Of a DNA stretch of 64,000 nucleotides, positions 37,811-50,793 are shown in pieces (the stretch's first letter is position 1; every line of letters begins with the position of its first letter). Location of the stretch: assembly GCA_965649765.1 (NCBI GenBank), contig OZ287748.1, forward strand, positions 57,412,001 through 57,476,000. Reading direction: 5' to 3'. A program made the position numbers and the translations under genes. The DNA is from Bispira polyomma. Its lineage: Eukaryota. The notes below the pieces were generated by a model. The model was given only the letters and a program-made list of their open reading frames with translations. It was not told the DNA's origin and ran no database searches.

Positions 37811-40800
37811 GTGAACAAAGTATGTGTAAAATCTTATGTAAAATTATCTAGTTTTGTTCTTCATTTTAGTCCTTCCTTACAAGTTAGTTCCAAAAGTTAC
37901 TTTGTAATTTTTACATTGTACTTGTAAAAAACTTTTACTACATTTCTTTACTGTTATCTACAAATATATATATATATTTTTTTTTTCATGTTAATGTTGA
38001 GCAGTCTGAACTATTTATTTAGAAAGAGTTCTATATAAATAATTTTAATAATAATATATAATTAATATAATATCGTTTTCAAAGATTTCTAGTAGTTACT
38101 ACATTTCAGTCTGCATTCGTTTATTTGATCAAGTTTTATTCAGTAGAAGTCATAATGAAGCATTTGTATTTCCAACTACTTTAGTAGTTTTTGTTTACTT
38201 GTTTGTAATACGGCCAAAGAAACTACTAATAAATACTAATAAATCACAAGAAACATTTTAGAATGAAGGGAAGATCTAATTTAAAATACTGACAATTCAA
38301 TAATGTAAGATAATGTTACATTTGGCCTATTGTTAATACATAATATCAGTTGGTTTGGGCAACAAAAATCTTGCATTCGGAAAGAATAGTTCCACTTATG
38401 CTATGTTTTTTATCATCCCTATTAGAAGCATTAATGACTAAAATTATAACAAACTCACACCACTATGAAGTTACTATCTCAATTAACTCTAAAATTACAT
38501 TAAAAATATATATTAATAAAAATAGGTGGCTTAGAAAATAAGCTGATTATTTCCTTCCTTTCATGAGAAAAGTTGACAGGCCTTAAGAAAAATATCTATT
38601 AAATTCTCGTTTTTGAATGTGGGTTTTTTATGAATAACTGGGACTGTTTAATCAGTACTATAGATTGACACAAACATGGTAACATTATGAGCTGTTAAAA
38701 AGCAGAAGTTGTGAAAGAAATTATTTTAATGGCAGTTACACAAAGGCAGATATTGAAAAAAGTGGGCTGTCAATTTATAATTCTGAATTCTTGTTAAGCC
38801 AGGAAAAAAACCCTCTTTTCATTTGCCAAAAGGAGCAAAATCTGCAAATTTATTTTCTGTTTTCAAAAAAATTACATTTTTTGACAGTTTAAGTCAAACT
38901 TAAAACAGTGTGTTACATGGAATTGTGCATCATAGGTCGCAGTATTTAGGTCGGAGACCTTCTAAGGTGAGCATTAGCTGGGAGCAGCCATGTTGTATGA
39001 CAGGTCAAAGACGAACCATTTAGCGGGTGTAGATATCTTAATAATATTCATGAAAACGTATATCCTGTTTTATAATAGTTACTGTTGTATTTGTCTCATA
39101 TTTATGGTTTATATCTTTTTCATATATACTTGAAGTGATACAAGTTCATTTTACAAAACAAAAGGAAAGAATTCATTAATGTAGAAATACAATGTTTTAT
39201 GTTAACACACCTTTTTTATGATTCTCGTGTCTGGTAATGTGTCATAGGTGACCTAATTAGAAAGTAGGTCACTATATGAAATGGTTACTAGTAAAGGTAG
39301 GAATATCAATCAGAACCTAAATAGAACGGCAAAAGTGTTAGTGTATAATTGACTTACATAAAACGCCCTTCAACTCTCTCCGACCTACCTTTTTTAAAGC
39401 CTATTCTTGTGAGTATTAATGGATAGCTTGGGCTCCAGAAACAATTATGATAACGTTATTATCTCAAGTTAGACTTCATATCTACAAATATAAGCACCTT
39501 TTGACAACAAATCCACTGTTGCTAATGTGACTCATCACAGTTAACTTCATATTTATGTGTTCAGGATGATACCCCGTAATCTCCTGCCTTTGGAACCGAA
39601 AGTATGTTAATATGTACTGGTCTCACATTTAACTCTACCTTTGAAACAATCATAATCAAGGACACAAGCTCACCATGTTAGAAAGTGGCCTTGAGAAATA
39701 TATGTGTCCATGGATTACATGATTGGCTCACTGGTTTAAAAATGAAAAACAATAATCTACTTTGACTTCTTAATCTTTTTACTTTTAGAACATCTTTTGA
39801 CCCTGCCATAATCATATTAAAAATATTATAACGTTTTTGGGGGGATTACATATGTGCCAAAAAAACGTCAATGACATTAATATGCGGAAATAAATATGAA
39901 GAAATTTACATTTCATACAGTGAAATTTATGATAGCACTAAAATATTACAAAGCATGAATAAAAATGCACTTTAGTTGTACAAATATTATACATCAGTGT
40001 TAAGATTACTAAACGAACTGACCAGACTATTTTAACAATGACCTGCTTATCATGGAAGGACGTCAGAACAAACAAACATATTTGTTGATGTTCACTCATA
40101 GCTACTATCTAGAAATATATACTATTCAACCCTATAAACAATAAAGAGTGACTAAAAGTATTATTTATATGTGTGAAACATTTTGATGTGTCAGTATTTA
40201 CATCACAATCCATTTCAATATTATTATTATTCGACTGTTACATACAGTTTACATATCTGACATTTGTCTGCTAAAAGAGTGACATCAATGTATATGTCAA
40301 CACGTCATTTAATATCATTTTAAGTTTAGCTATAGACAGATGAAAATTATTCATCTTGGACAATTTGAACAAACGATATATATTAAGAATATTTAAATTA
40401 TCATTCTGCAGGCTATGGCAGAATTTAGACAAGGGGAACATTTTTGTATATAGCGAACATAATGCATGAAAGTAGTCTAACAATCTTAGATGTACCTTCC
40501 TAATGTGCATGTGTATTAATAAAATGACCCAATGTGTTATTCATTGTGTGTCACTGTAAGTTATAGCAAGGTCAACTGTATAACTGAACCTCTGGATGGA
40601 TGATATCATCAGCATATGTGACGGTCGATGTCAAACTTGGACATAGAGCTTCACAACATGGGAAATTTTGACCTGTAGACTGTATTACTATTTATATTGA
40701 CCAAGTGAGAGGAATGATCTTTAGAACTTCTAGATACATGATGAGGAGCAACAGATACATGATGAGGAGCAACAGACAATAGATGAAACTAAACAGCAAC

Positions 40801-40920
40801 TGAACTAATATACAGACGTGGTTGTGTGAAGATGGGGAACTATGTAAGAACAGAGGAACATGGAAATGTTACACTGATCGTCTAAGAAAGAGTTTGAAAA
40901 ATAGATGGATCAAGTTATAA

Positions 40921-41050
40921 ACTAATACAAAGAGTTCAGGGTGCGATGGCCTTAAGAAAGAGGCCCCCTGTCATTCAAGTACATGTCTGAATAGTCTTTA
41001 CATTTATAAACAAGTTTACACTTGTCTTTAGGTTTATGTTGGATTTAGTC
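40921..41050 (+). repeat. dispersed repeat, second copy at 48241-48365
   Basis: CAAAGAGTTCAGGGTG.GATGGCCTTAAGAAA...TGTCATT.AAGTACATGT...TTTACACTTG. Confidence 0.8.
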
Positions 41051-41684
41051 TTTACTTGAATATAATAACTGTAACAGATACATCACATACATGCCAACAC
41101 ATAGATTCAGTATTTTAACTTTTCAAGGTTTATTTGGCTTAAAACACTTTAAAATGATCAATTTTACAATTATTTAGTGGTATTATACTGTTGTTAAATG
41201 GTATTACTTGTATTAATTAAACAGTCTATGTTTACATGTTGTAGACTGCTGAATGATGATGGCCGGTAGCCAATTCCTGGTGGCCAATCTTTAATGTGTC
41301 CATAGAGTTTTATACACAATTGACTCTTAGAAAATGAAAGCTGCAAACTGTATTAAAGCAATATGAACTCCTATTGAGGTTTTCTTTTGTGGGGTGTTAA
41401 AACATGATTCATTGGGGGGAAAAACTTCTCCCTTCTGGATTACTCTAGAGGTCACTAAAATGCACTCCATGTGTTACAAGGTGAATACGAATTAAAAGTA
41501 AATAAAATAAATTGTCACCATAAAATGGTGTTTTTTTACATCATATGTACCCTTTTTACATTGATTGTGAATTTATTTGGGTTTTAAGTCACTTTCAACA
41601 GCCTAGACCATATCACGATGGCAAGATTCATTAGAGGAAGACACAAAAAAACCTATCTAATTCTCATAAAAATAAAAAAAGAAT

Positions 41685-42130
41685 AGTCACCGGAAGGCTG
41701 CGTTTTGCACACTTACCCTTTTTACCCTGAATCGATTGTATGTAGAAACATGTTTGTGACGGGGTAATTTATAACGAAAAAATGTGAAATTTTGTGTGAA
41801 ATAATCATTTTGTAGAAGATTTAAAGATTTCATTAAAAAAAACCGTAACGCATATTCCCAATTGTAAGATGAGCTTTCAAGAAAAAGTAAAATGTACAAA
41901 GAAGGACAATCCTGATAACAAAAATTGACATTCAATGAGTTTTAATATTAAAAGAGCAAATATGTTGTATAGTGTAATTACTATAATATTTGAAATACTC
42001 ATAACAACTAGGTAATGCTGAGTATAGACTTAAACAATAGAGAAATAGCCCATTTTTGTTATTGAAGTCTTATATGTGGCTTTAGGTGTGAATTAGTGAC
42101 TCTCTTTTAATTAGTGTTCTCTTTGAAGAT
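41685..42130 (+). repeat. diverged dispersed repeat; other copies at ~48412-48750 and ~61985-62660; continues at 46350-46560
   Basis: Shared blocks TCACCGGAAGGC..GTTTTGCA, CCCAATTGTAAG.TGAGCTTT, TGTACA.AGAA.G..AATC, AAATAGCC, CCCATGTAA..TAAGACATAA. Confidence 0.7.
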
Positions 42131-42403
42131 ATCTTTGACGATTAATACAACATAGCATCAAACAGGTAATTAACATTTAAAAGTTAATTGACATTTAACA
42201 GGATAAAACCACCCAGTCGTTTAAGTTGTGAGTGAAATTGAACCAATGTTGTCCTGGGCTAGGGGTGACCTTTAAAGGTCATAGTTATTGAGAGTGAGGA
42301 ATCAGATGCTGTTTGGGATAATTTTTATTCTAACTACTCGTCTCTATATACAACTGTACAAAAATTATTTTTGATTAAATAATTTTAAAATGCCAAAGCC
42401 AAA

Positions 42404-43369
42404 TTAGAAAGTAGAAGAGACGAGGGATGCGAACGTTGTTGGAATAATTGTGGAAGCATGAGAGGTAGATTGAAGGTAAGACCAAACAGCATCCATGTTT
42501 TTGGATATGCTGAAGCTTAACATTGGCATTAAATGCCAAGGAGGCACCTGAGCACCTGACGCAATGGAAGGAATGCCCTTCTTTTGGGATTTTTAACTGT
42601 GTTAAGATAGAGCTAAGAGTATACCTTAAACTAGAGTCTGAGAGGCACTGGTCTTTATTTAGTGGGTTTGCCAGTAATGGATAAGAAGGGGGGAGAGGAT
42701 ATTTGTGAAATAGCGAAGTGGCTGCCTTTACAGGACAGAGCCATGGGTTTGAGAATTGTGGTAGTTGTATGATGTCTGGGTTTTTCTGGTTTGGTTAGTC
42801 TTACTCCATTTTAATATGAGGTGAATGCCTGGGGGGGGCGAACAACACGTCAGCCCTTGTCAGGTGTCTGGTAGGGTCAAAAGGGAGACCTGATGTGGTG
42901 GTCAGGTTAGAAATGCGTAAAAAACCAAAATAAGCAAACAAAAAAGCTGTTCTGAATAAGTCAGGAAATTGAAACTGGTTACAAGCTTGTGAAATTTGTT
43001 GTAATTGGTGCAAATCGAATACCCCTTTGACCCGAGGTGTGTATTTCGAAGTGAGTTCTAATGACCTCAAACATAATGGCAATCTAGGGTCATAAAGACC
43101 AGTTTGCTGAATGTTAAGAATTTTTGTGTTGTGCCTAATGGAAGATAAGTAATTACTCAATACTTTGTAAGAGACACCTGTTTGTGTAATAAATTCCAAA
43201 AAAGCTATAATGCTGTTAAAGCAAAAGGTTTCCCTTAAATCAAAGTAAACTGTAAAGCTCAAAAAGAGTCTGAACTGGCTGTCATATTGTCTTTGTGTCC
43301 TAGGTCTGTGACTTTGTCTCAGCCGTCTCAAAGCTCCTTTGATCAGTGAGGAGGCTGGGTCAGAAGGAT
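42404..43369 (-). pseudogene. E2 tyrosine recombinase, frameshifted and degraded toward the C-terminus
   Basis: RPRTQRQY...YLSSIR...FAYFGFLRISN...HLTRADV; frameshift in the G-run near 42830. Confidence 0.85.
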
Positions 43370-43375
43370 CTGAAA

Positions 43376-45553
43376 TTACACATAAGTATCTAAGGTAAAA
43401 AATTCAATGGGTATGTCATGCATGATGAAGTTGTGTAGGAGTTCCTGTCTTATTGTATTGTCATAATGGTCTAATTCAAACCACCTAGATAGAGTGTCTG
43501 CTATTATGTTGTCTTTGCCAGGTATATGTCTGATAGTCAAGTCAATATTTCTTAAGGCACAGATCTGCCAGATGTTCCTTAAACACAAACCTAAATAGTC
43601 GTCCCTGGTTCTAGATGACTGTACGACAGACACCACAGCCATGTTATCCGATTGTATCTTGATCTTTTTATTACTCCATTTGTGACCCCATAATTTGAAA
43701 GCTATGAGAATACTGACCATTTCGAAATGGATAATGGAAAGTGTTTGTTTAAGGAAGCATGGTAGAGGAGCTTTGAAAACTTCTAAACCAGAAATGCCAC
43801 CGATTCCGGATAAACAAGCGTCGACTTGTAATGACACGTCATGTGAACTATTCAGGTATGTGTACTTAGTTGTACCATTGAATTGTCTGAGAAAAGTTAA
43901 AAACCATTGTAAATCCTTATGAAACTCACTTGTCAAAAGTACTGTTTTACTACTAGTAGACTGCCTTAATAAAGTTAACATTCTGTTCATGAATATCCGA
44001 GAATTCTTCACACAGCGCTGTATGTATAACAACTTTCCCAGTAGTGACTGGTACTTCTGTTTACGTACTTTATGCAAGTATTTAAATTCCATACATGTGT
44101 CAAATATGGAGTTTAATTTAGTTTGTTCAATACTGAGTGTTTGGAGGTCTATGTCAATAGTGATGCCCATGCAAGTTACACGCTTACTGGGGCGAACTAG
44201 TTTCTTGGTATTAATAGGGAGACCTAGGTCTGCTAGGATTTCTTGCAAAGTAGTGTAAGCTAAGTCAGCCTTATCTTCAGTCTCAATGAGTATAAAATCG
44301 TCGATATAGTTGTAAACTATATATCCTTTCTGTCTCATAATGTAAGTAATACAATCAGAAATAATCATAAAGGCCGCCGTGCCATGAGTGAGTCCAAAAG
44401 TTAGACTGAGACCAATGAAATAATTATTTTTCCAAAGGTAACCTAACTTTAAACAATCAAAAGGATCAATTCTTAAATTTCTAAACGCGTGAGCGATGTC
44501 CACTTTCGCTAAGGTGGCCTTAGTTCCTAACTCAACAATACGGGTAGTGATTTGATCAATGGTAGGTAACCTTAAGTTAAACTCGACGTTATCATATTTA
44601 TTTTTAATTGTACAATCATTTACAGATTGTCCAAGGGGGTGAGAAAGGTTTAGAACTAAACGACGCTGATCAATATCTTTAGGTACCGTTAATAAAGGTG
44701 AGCAGTGTATATCCGGCTGAAGTTTTCCTAAAATAGGACCGACTATGGTGCCCTTAGCTACTTCTGTAACGAAATACTTGTCAATGGCTTGTGGAAATGC
44801 CATAGCGGAATAATGGTTTTTGACATTTATGACCTTCAATCTGTCCCTCTCATACAGAGATATAGGAAACCCGAATTCTACATACTGTAGAACGATTTGA
44901 TCCGGATAATCGAGTAAGTATTTCTTCCAATTGAGAACATTGAGATCACTTTTGATGGGAAAACGCGCTTGTCTGTAGTTTGGTACCTTAGTGGTCTTTA
45001 TGATATCAGCTACTTCAATTAACTTATCATAAGAAGTCAAGTCTACCTGTTGTCTGTCTGGTCCTATGAAGTTAAAATGGTTTCTCCCGTGAGGGATGAA
45101 GCCATAAGTTCTTTGGTCAGTAAGTAAAATGTCCTCATTCACAATTTCTTCCGTTATGGGGGAGTGCTGTATGTCACTGTTCTGTAATACAACGTCCTGT
45201 GGAATGTTGGTTACTATATGTGTGTCCTCAGTTATTGCATGGTTCCGCAAAAGGAACTTGTCATCCACACGTGCGTTTATATGCTTGTCGTATGTTGTTT
45301 GCGTGGTTCGTCTACAAATGTTGTCAATGATGGCAATGTAATAATCAGAAGAACTGATGTTTGTACGGGTATGAGTGACCTTCTTATGTTTTGGTAAAGG
45401 TCGAACCTTGCTATATGAAACAGTGTTTCTAACTAAAACAGGTACAGAACCTGTGCAAACCAAACTGATGGGCCACATTTTTTCTAGAGAGAGATCATGT
45501 TTCTGAAGGGACCATTGACCTTGAAAGAAAACCCAAGTGTATGCACCTGACAC
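43376..45553 (-). CDS. E2 reverse transcriptase + RNaseH (uninterrupted 725 aa)
   Basis: RRLVLNLSHP, AKVDIAHAFRNL, LTFGL, YNYIDD, VDACL, QSDNMAVV, NIIADTLSR. Confidence 0.92.
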   Translation of the reverse strand: MSGAYTWVFFQGQWSLQKHDLSLEKMWPISLVCTGSVPVLVRNTVSYSKVRPLPKHKKVTHTRTNISSSDYYIAIIDNICRRTTQTTYDKHINARVDDKFLLRNHAITEDTHIVTNIPQDVVLQNSDIQHSPITEEIVNEDILLTDQRTYGFIPHGRNHFNFIGPDRQQVDLTSYDKLIEVADIIKTTKVPNYRQARFPIKSDLNVLNWKKYLLDYPDQIVLQYVEFGFPISLYERDRLKVINVKNHYSAMAFPQAIDKYFVTEVAKGTIVGPILGKLQPDIHCSPLLTVPKDIDQRRLVLNLSHPLGQSVNDCTIKNKYDNVEFNLRLPTIDQITTRIVELGTKATLAKVDIAHAFRNLRIDPFDCLKLGYLWKNNYFIGLSLTFGLTHGTAAFMIISDCITYIMRQKGYIVYNYIDDFILIETEDKADLAYTTLQEILADLGLPINTKKLVRPSKRVTCMGITIDIDLQTLSIEQTKLNSIFDTCMEFKYLHKVRKQKYQSLLGKLLYIQRCVKNSRIFMNRMLTLLRQSTSSKTVLLTSEFHKDLQWFLTFLRQFNGTTKYTYLNSSHDVSLQVDACLSGIGGISGLEVFKAPLPCFLKQTLSIIHFEMVSILIAFKLWGHKWSNKKIKIQSDNMAVVSVVQSSRTRDDYLGLCLRNIWQICALRNIDLTIRHIPGKDNIIADTLSRWFELDHYDNTIRQELLHNFIMHDIPIEFFTLDTYV

Positions 45554-48500
45554 ACTGGAGTCAGCATTACAAACTTATATAATACACTGGGCCTTTAAGG
45601 ACATCATAACTGTGACTACTATACAAATCAACCAAAAAAGAGGTTGCAATAAAATTACTACTGCCATGAACTTTTGCTGGACATAACTTGTGACCAGCAA
45701 GACATGAGGCGGAGTTGCTACTACACGAGACGTTATTTTGTCCATCTGTCGTGAATACATCACGAGAACAATCATTTAAGAACTGTCCATCCCTAAAGCT
45801 CATACTGTACATAAAAATGTTCCTTTGATTAACTAACTCAGAATTTTGCTTATTATACTCATGTCTTAAGTTCATGCTCTCAGAATGCTCCTGCTCTGAA
45901 ATCTCGACATCTTGCTTCTTCTTCCCACGGCCCATAATAAGATATCCAATACAAAAGGCACACTATAAGATGACAGAAGTTAAAACTGACTAAAGTCACT
46001 AAACGTAAACGTAAAATAATGTCTAATAAATATAAAATAAGCTTGTTTTCATTCACGCAATCACTTATTTCCAATATGGCGGCTCTATTTGCCGATTCCA
46101 ATGTAATTTCAAGGTGTTGCTACATTAACTTGCAACTTAATAATGACCAAATGTGAGAAAAGGCGGGAAATTGACTTAAACCTAGGGGATTTGATTGGTA
46201 GTGAAGTAAAAGAGGTTCTGGTCTAGGATTGGTGTATCTGGATAAACAATTCTTAAGTAGGTATATAATACAGTAAGGTATTACAACTTCACGACTGACT
46301 AGCCATGCTTTGCGAGCAATGACTACAAAATTCTGTGTTACTTTTAAACTTCTTAGGTCAACCATTGTAACACAAAGATTGCTTTTATAATAAAACAATA
46401 GACATACCCATGTAACTTAAGACATAAATGCAAGCAACAAGAAGTCTATGTGTTAAAAGTATCAGATCACATGGTTTGAGAAAAAAGGAAAAAGATCTCA
46501 TAGATTTTTCTGTATTTTTACTGGACGTTTGCTTTAAACAAGCTGTACTTAAAATGATATAAATGTAATAATATAGGACAAAAAATGTATAATGATGTTA
46601 CTGACCCATAATACTTTCAGACTAGACTGAATATTCTTCCGCCAATGACAGTTTTTAAACTGATGTATAGCTGATTAGCGACAGAGCAGCTACCATAAGC
46701 AAAACGTTGTAAATTTAGTCGTCAGCAGTGGATAACTGCAAGTTCACATCTTTCCTCAATGACCCTTAAGATGTTGCTAGGTTGAGAGTATTATGGGTTC
46801 AAAAATTTCAGTATACTTTAAATATCTTTTTATATAGTTTATTGTTTATGACAGAACTCATATTTTAGCCTGTTTTGCACAGTTGTAATTTTGACATTTG
46901 TATTAAAAGTACAGGGCAATTCTTTGAATGAAGAAAAGAAATTTTAAAATTCTATGTTTTACTGTTTAACTGTTTTATGATTCAATTGCGTGACCAGATG
47001 TTGTACCAAAGTCCCAAGTACCCAAGTAATGTACACATATTGGTTTATGTATTTCCAGATTGAAGTATTATCTAATAATACGAACAGGCAATTACTCACT
47101 TGGAAATCAGGAGTCTCCTTACTTATCCTTGTGCCATAGCTAGGTTTCATAAGTAACATCATTTGTAGGTGAAGCTTTAATCATGGCAGGTCGCACAATC
47201 TATAGACAAAGCCTTTTTAGCAAGAAATCTTATTGGGTAGCTGCAATCATGGTGTCTGTGTTGATCAACTGAACTTTATGAGAATATATTTCTACTTAAC
47301 TTGTTGGATAATGAGGAGGGTTATTTCCAGGAAGTCTATTTATAGACTAAAGGGGTGAATATACCTGTCCGATTTTGCTTTCGAATCCATCATCCAACAT
47401 CGGTTCCTTTCATTGCAAGAATAAAACAGAATAGTCTGGGCCTATATACCACTATTTATTACCATGTGATCTTGTTTAACTCAATGAAATCACTAGGCAA
47501 ACTTTAGTAGGATGGAAACACTAAAATCAGTCACAGGGAATTGTTTTCCGGCAGTTGACAATCAGCGGTCTGCTATATGAAAATGTAAGCTACTTAATTG
47601 TATTCTAAGTAATACCACACGACAAGAGTATCATAACACAACATCTATAACACAATACTCAGCACTAATACTTCAGTGTACCAGACTATTGTGAGATTGA
47701 CCAGTTCATTAAATAATTCAATGACTATAAAACTTGTGATTGCAAAACAAACATAAAATTTTTGTGATTTACTCTTAGCTACCATCTAGAAATGTTATAT
47801 TATCAAACACAATCAGAGATTGTAACAAATGTTATCAATATGTGGGAAATAGTGAATGATACTATTTAGTCACCTCAATTTCAATGTTACTAATACTGCA
47901 CTGTCAACATTTTACATGTTGTCAAAAGTGACGTACATGTATTATGAAAGAAGGAACATACATGTGAAAGTATGTCATGTGAAAGTATGTCACGTGAAAG
48001 GGATGATCTTTAGATCTCCATGTAAGAAGATACAGGAAATATGTATCTGCCAAAGAGCACAGAGACAACAGAAGGAAAAACAAACAAAATCTGGACTGAA
48101 AAAATGACTGAGTGCACAGGTGTGGAGGGAGCTATGTAAGAACATAAAGAGCAGGGGGGTGTTATATTACAGGAGAGTATAAAACCAGAGTAAAGCAACT
48201 TATCTGAGGAAAGATGGAGGCAGGAATGGGTCCAGTTAAAACTAGTTCAAAGAGTTCAGGGTGAGATGGCCTTAAGAAAAGGAGGCCTTGTCATTTAAGT
48301 ACATGTTTTAGTCTTTACAGTTATTAACAACTTTACACTTGCCTTAAGCTTTATGTTAGATTTATTCATTACCTTAACATAGTGAGCGCATTGCTCACCA
48401 AAATAAAGGATTATCACCGGAAGGCAGTGTTTTGCATTTGTTCCCCTTTTGCCATGAATTGATTGTATTTGAAAACAATTGATTAATTCGTTACAAAACT

Positions 48501-49631
48501 CTTAATGAAATATGTGGTAATTAAGAACTTTACCTTAAATGGGCAAGAAAAAAATACTGAGCTTTACTGTGAAAAAAGTAGCTTTGTAGGAGCTTTACAG
48601 CTTTTACCTAAAACAAACCTATCTCATATTTCCCAATTGTAAGTTGAGCTTTTAAGAAAAATGATTAAACCCCTGACAAGTAAGGTGTACACAGAAAGCT
48701 AATCATCATAGCAAAATTTACATTCAGTGGGTTGTAATATTAAATATTAGGTTTAATATTCCTCTAGTTAAACCAAAACACAGTGTGAACACAAATGTAG
48801 CACCCTCTGCTGAGGCAATGCTTTACTTATATCTTTAGCTTAGCTCTGCCTTTTCGACAAAATTTCACAGCCATATACTTGGCCAGTATATAAGTACTAG
48901 TGATATGCCGGAGTCAATCACTACTGTTTCAAATCAACCATTGTAACATTTATGAGATATATCACTCTCTTAAAAATATACTGATTGGTGGGCCGGATTG
49001 TTTATAACAGTACATGCAGTTACAACTACATGACACTTGTTTAGTCAAAGTTTATTTAGCCAAATGTAGTTCATTTTGCACATGCAGTAAATATATTAAT
49101 TTAATCATTGCAGTTTAACTATCTATAGCCAAAGCCTTTGTTGCCTGAAATCTTATTGGGTAGCTGCAATTATGATATCTGTTGTTGATGAACCAAACTC
49201 GTTATGTATTTATGTGTTCTCAACTTTTTGCCATTATAACAAGGTCAAGTTGGATAATGAGAGATGTTTCTACTCATAATATGTTGTCAGGATGTCAGTC
49301 TCTTTACAGATTAACACACTTTTAAGGAGGCTATATGGCGATGTATAACAATCTCAGTTCGGGCTATATATAGCTTAACATCTAATGGGCATATAATCAA
49401 TGAAAATGGTAATATTACAAAAATTCCTATGACTACCAATTGAGTTCCATATTCAAAGTAAATATCCTCAGTTTCAAGATTATTTAACTTACTCATTATC
49501 TATGAGTTTCCTGGATTGTTTAAGGCTGCAACACCTTTTTAGTCTCCCTGTTGGTGTCCATATTGAAACACCAATAAAAGGCTTTTTGAAAAAAATTAAA
49601 ACCCACGAGTATGAACTTGTATCTCCGCAAT

Positions 49632-50150
49632 AACATAATCTGCCGGTTGTGACTGTGATCTCCAATCACATACCTTATCTTCTATTACAGAAGAAGATCA
49701 TACAATATAGCTTGAAGTCTGATAGGGGACAAAGTATTAACCAACATCTCCAATATTCATATTTTTTAAAAAGTCCGTTATACAAAAAGAAAAAGTATAA
49801 AATAGTTGAGCTATTTGATGAAACAAGGTGCCAAGCTAAATGAAGAAAGGGAAGTTTCTTATGCTGCAACTGTCAAAAAACATAATCTGCTGGTTGCGAC
49901 TGTAATCTCCAATCATGTACCTTATCTTTTATTATTATCTTCAATATTGATATTTTTATAATAATATCTTTTTAAAAGTCTGTCATAAAACTTACAGTGA
50001 TCTCCAGGTTTACATTAAAAAAAAAGAAAAGGAAAATAGTTCAATGTTTTATGAAACAATAGTGTTAAGCTGAGTTTTTAATGAAGAAAATTTAATTATC
50101 TGTGAGCGGCTTGGCTGTCAAAGAGGAGGTTCTTATGCTGCCAAACTGTC
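49632..50150. repeat. diverged tandem duplication, ~250-bp unit x2
   Basis: ACATAATCTGC.GGTTG.GACTGT.ATCTCCAATCA...ACCTTATCTT at ~49633 and ~49880; both units end TCTTATGCTGC..ACTGTCAAA. Confidence 0.75.
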
Positions 50151-50365
50151 AAAGAACGGGCTTAGGTTTCTTCTGGAAGACGCTCATTGTCTATTTCTAA
50201 TAAAAAACATTTTAAAAATAACCAAATTATTCCCCCCCCCCCCTACATTTGTGCAATGTAGTCTTAGTTAGTTGGCTTGATACTTTGTAATTATATATTA
50301 TTCCTGACAATCTGGTCAGTTCAAACATGTTTCATGTTAATAGTCCGGATACAAAGTTGTGAGGG

Positions 50366-50438
50366 GGCCAGGGTTGAATAGGAGCTCTGGGAGGCAGGAC
50401 CCTCTGCTAGGCGATTAGGTGCCCTAGGCCTGGGGCTC
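50366..50438 (+). ncRNA. isolated, 5'-truncated copy of the Ngaro spacer RNA motif
   Basis: GGCCAGGGTTGAATA...CTCTGCTAGGCGATTAGGTGCCCTAGGCCTGGGGCTC matches the E3 and E1 spacer motif. Confidence 0.6.
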
Positions 50439-50452
50439 CTAGTCCTGAAGTA

Positions 50453-50793
50453 AGACTGAGCGTGACTGAAATGACTGAAAAAAGGACTGATTGAGCATTA
50501 AATGAATTTAAAATGCGGTATATGTTAAAATTATGACCTGACTGATAGGGAAAGCATATTAGCTTATGGCCTGTTAAGGACAGCCGTACATGGTTTGTAA
50601 ATGTGTGCTTGGTTAATGCAGACTCGAGCTTAACTGAAATGACAGACAGAAGGACTGATGAAGAGCATGAATGAACTTGAAAACATGACTTAGACTGAAG
50701 TTATGACCAGACTGATAGGGAAAGTGATGTTAACTTATGGCCTGTTTATGGGCAGCCGTACATGGTTTCTAAATGTGTGTTTCATTAATGCAG
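50453..50793. repeat. tandem duplication, ~167-bp unit x2
   Basis: ACTGAAATGAC...GACTGATAGGGAAAG...CTTATGGCCTGTT...CAGCCGTACATGGTTT...TTAATGCAG occurs twice. Confidence 0.85.

Larger units (their letters stand above)
42140..46320 (-). mobile_element. E2: Ngaro-like YR retrotransposon, mostly lacking gag, with no A2/B2 found
   Basis: RT/RH ORF followed by YR. Post-YR TTTGGC...TTTTAAAATTA resembles the B starts of E1/E3; CCAAT-containing 5' region. Ends are approximate. Confidence 0.85.

Noticed and set aside
50652-50690. Hammerhead-like CTGATGA...GAAA
   Set aside because: Stem II does not pair, no stem I/III or NUH site was found, and the motif is not kept in the sister repeat unit.
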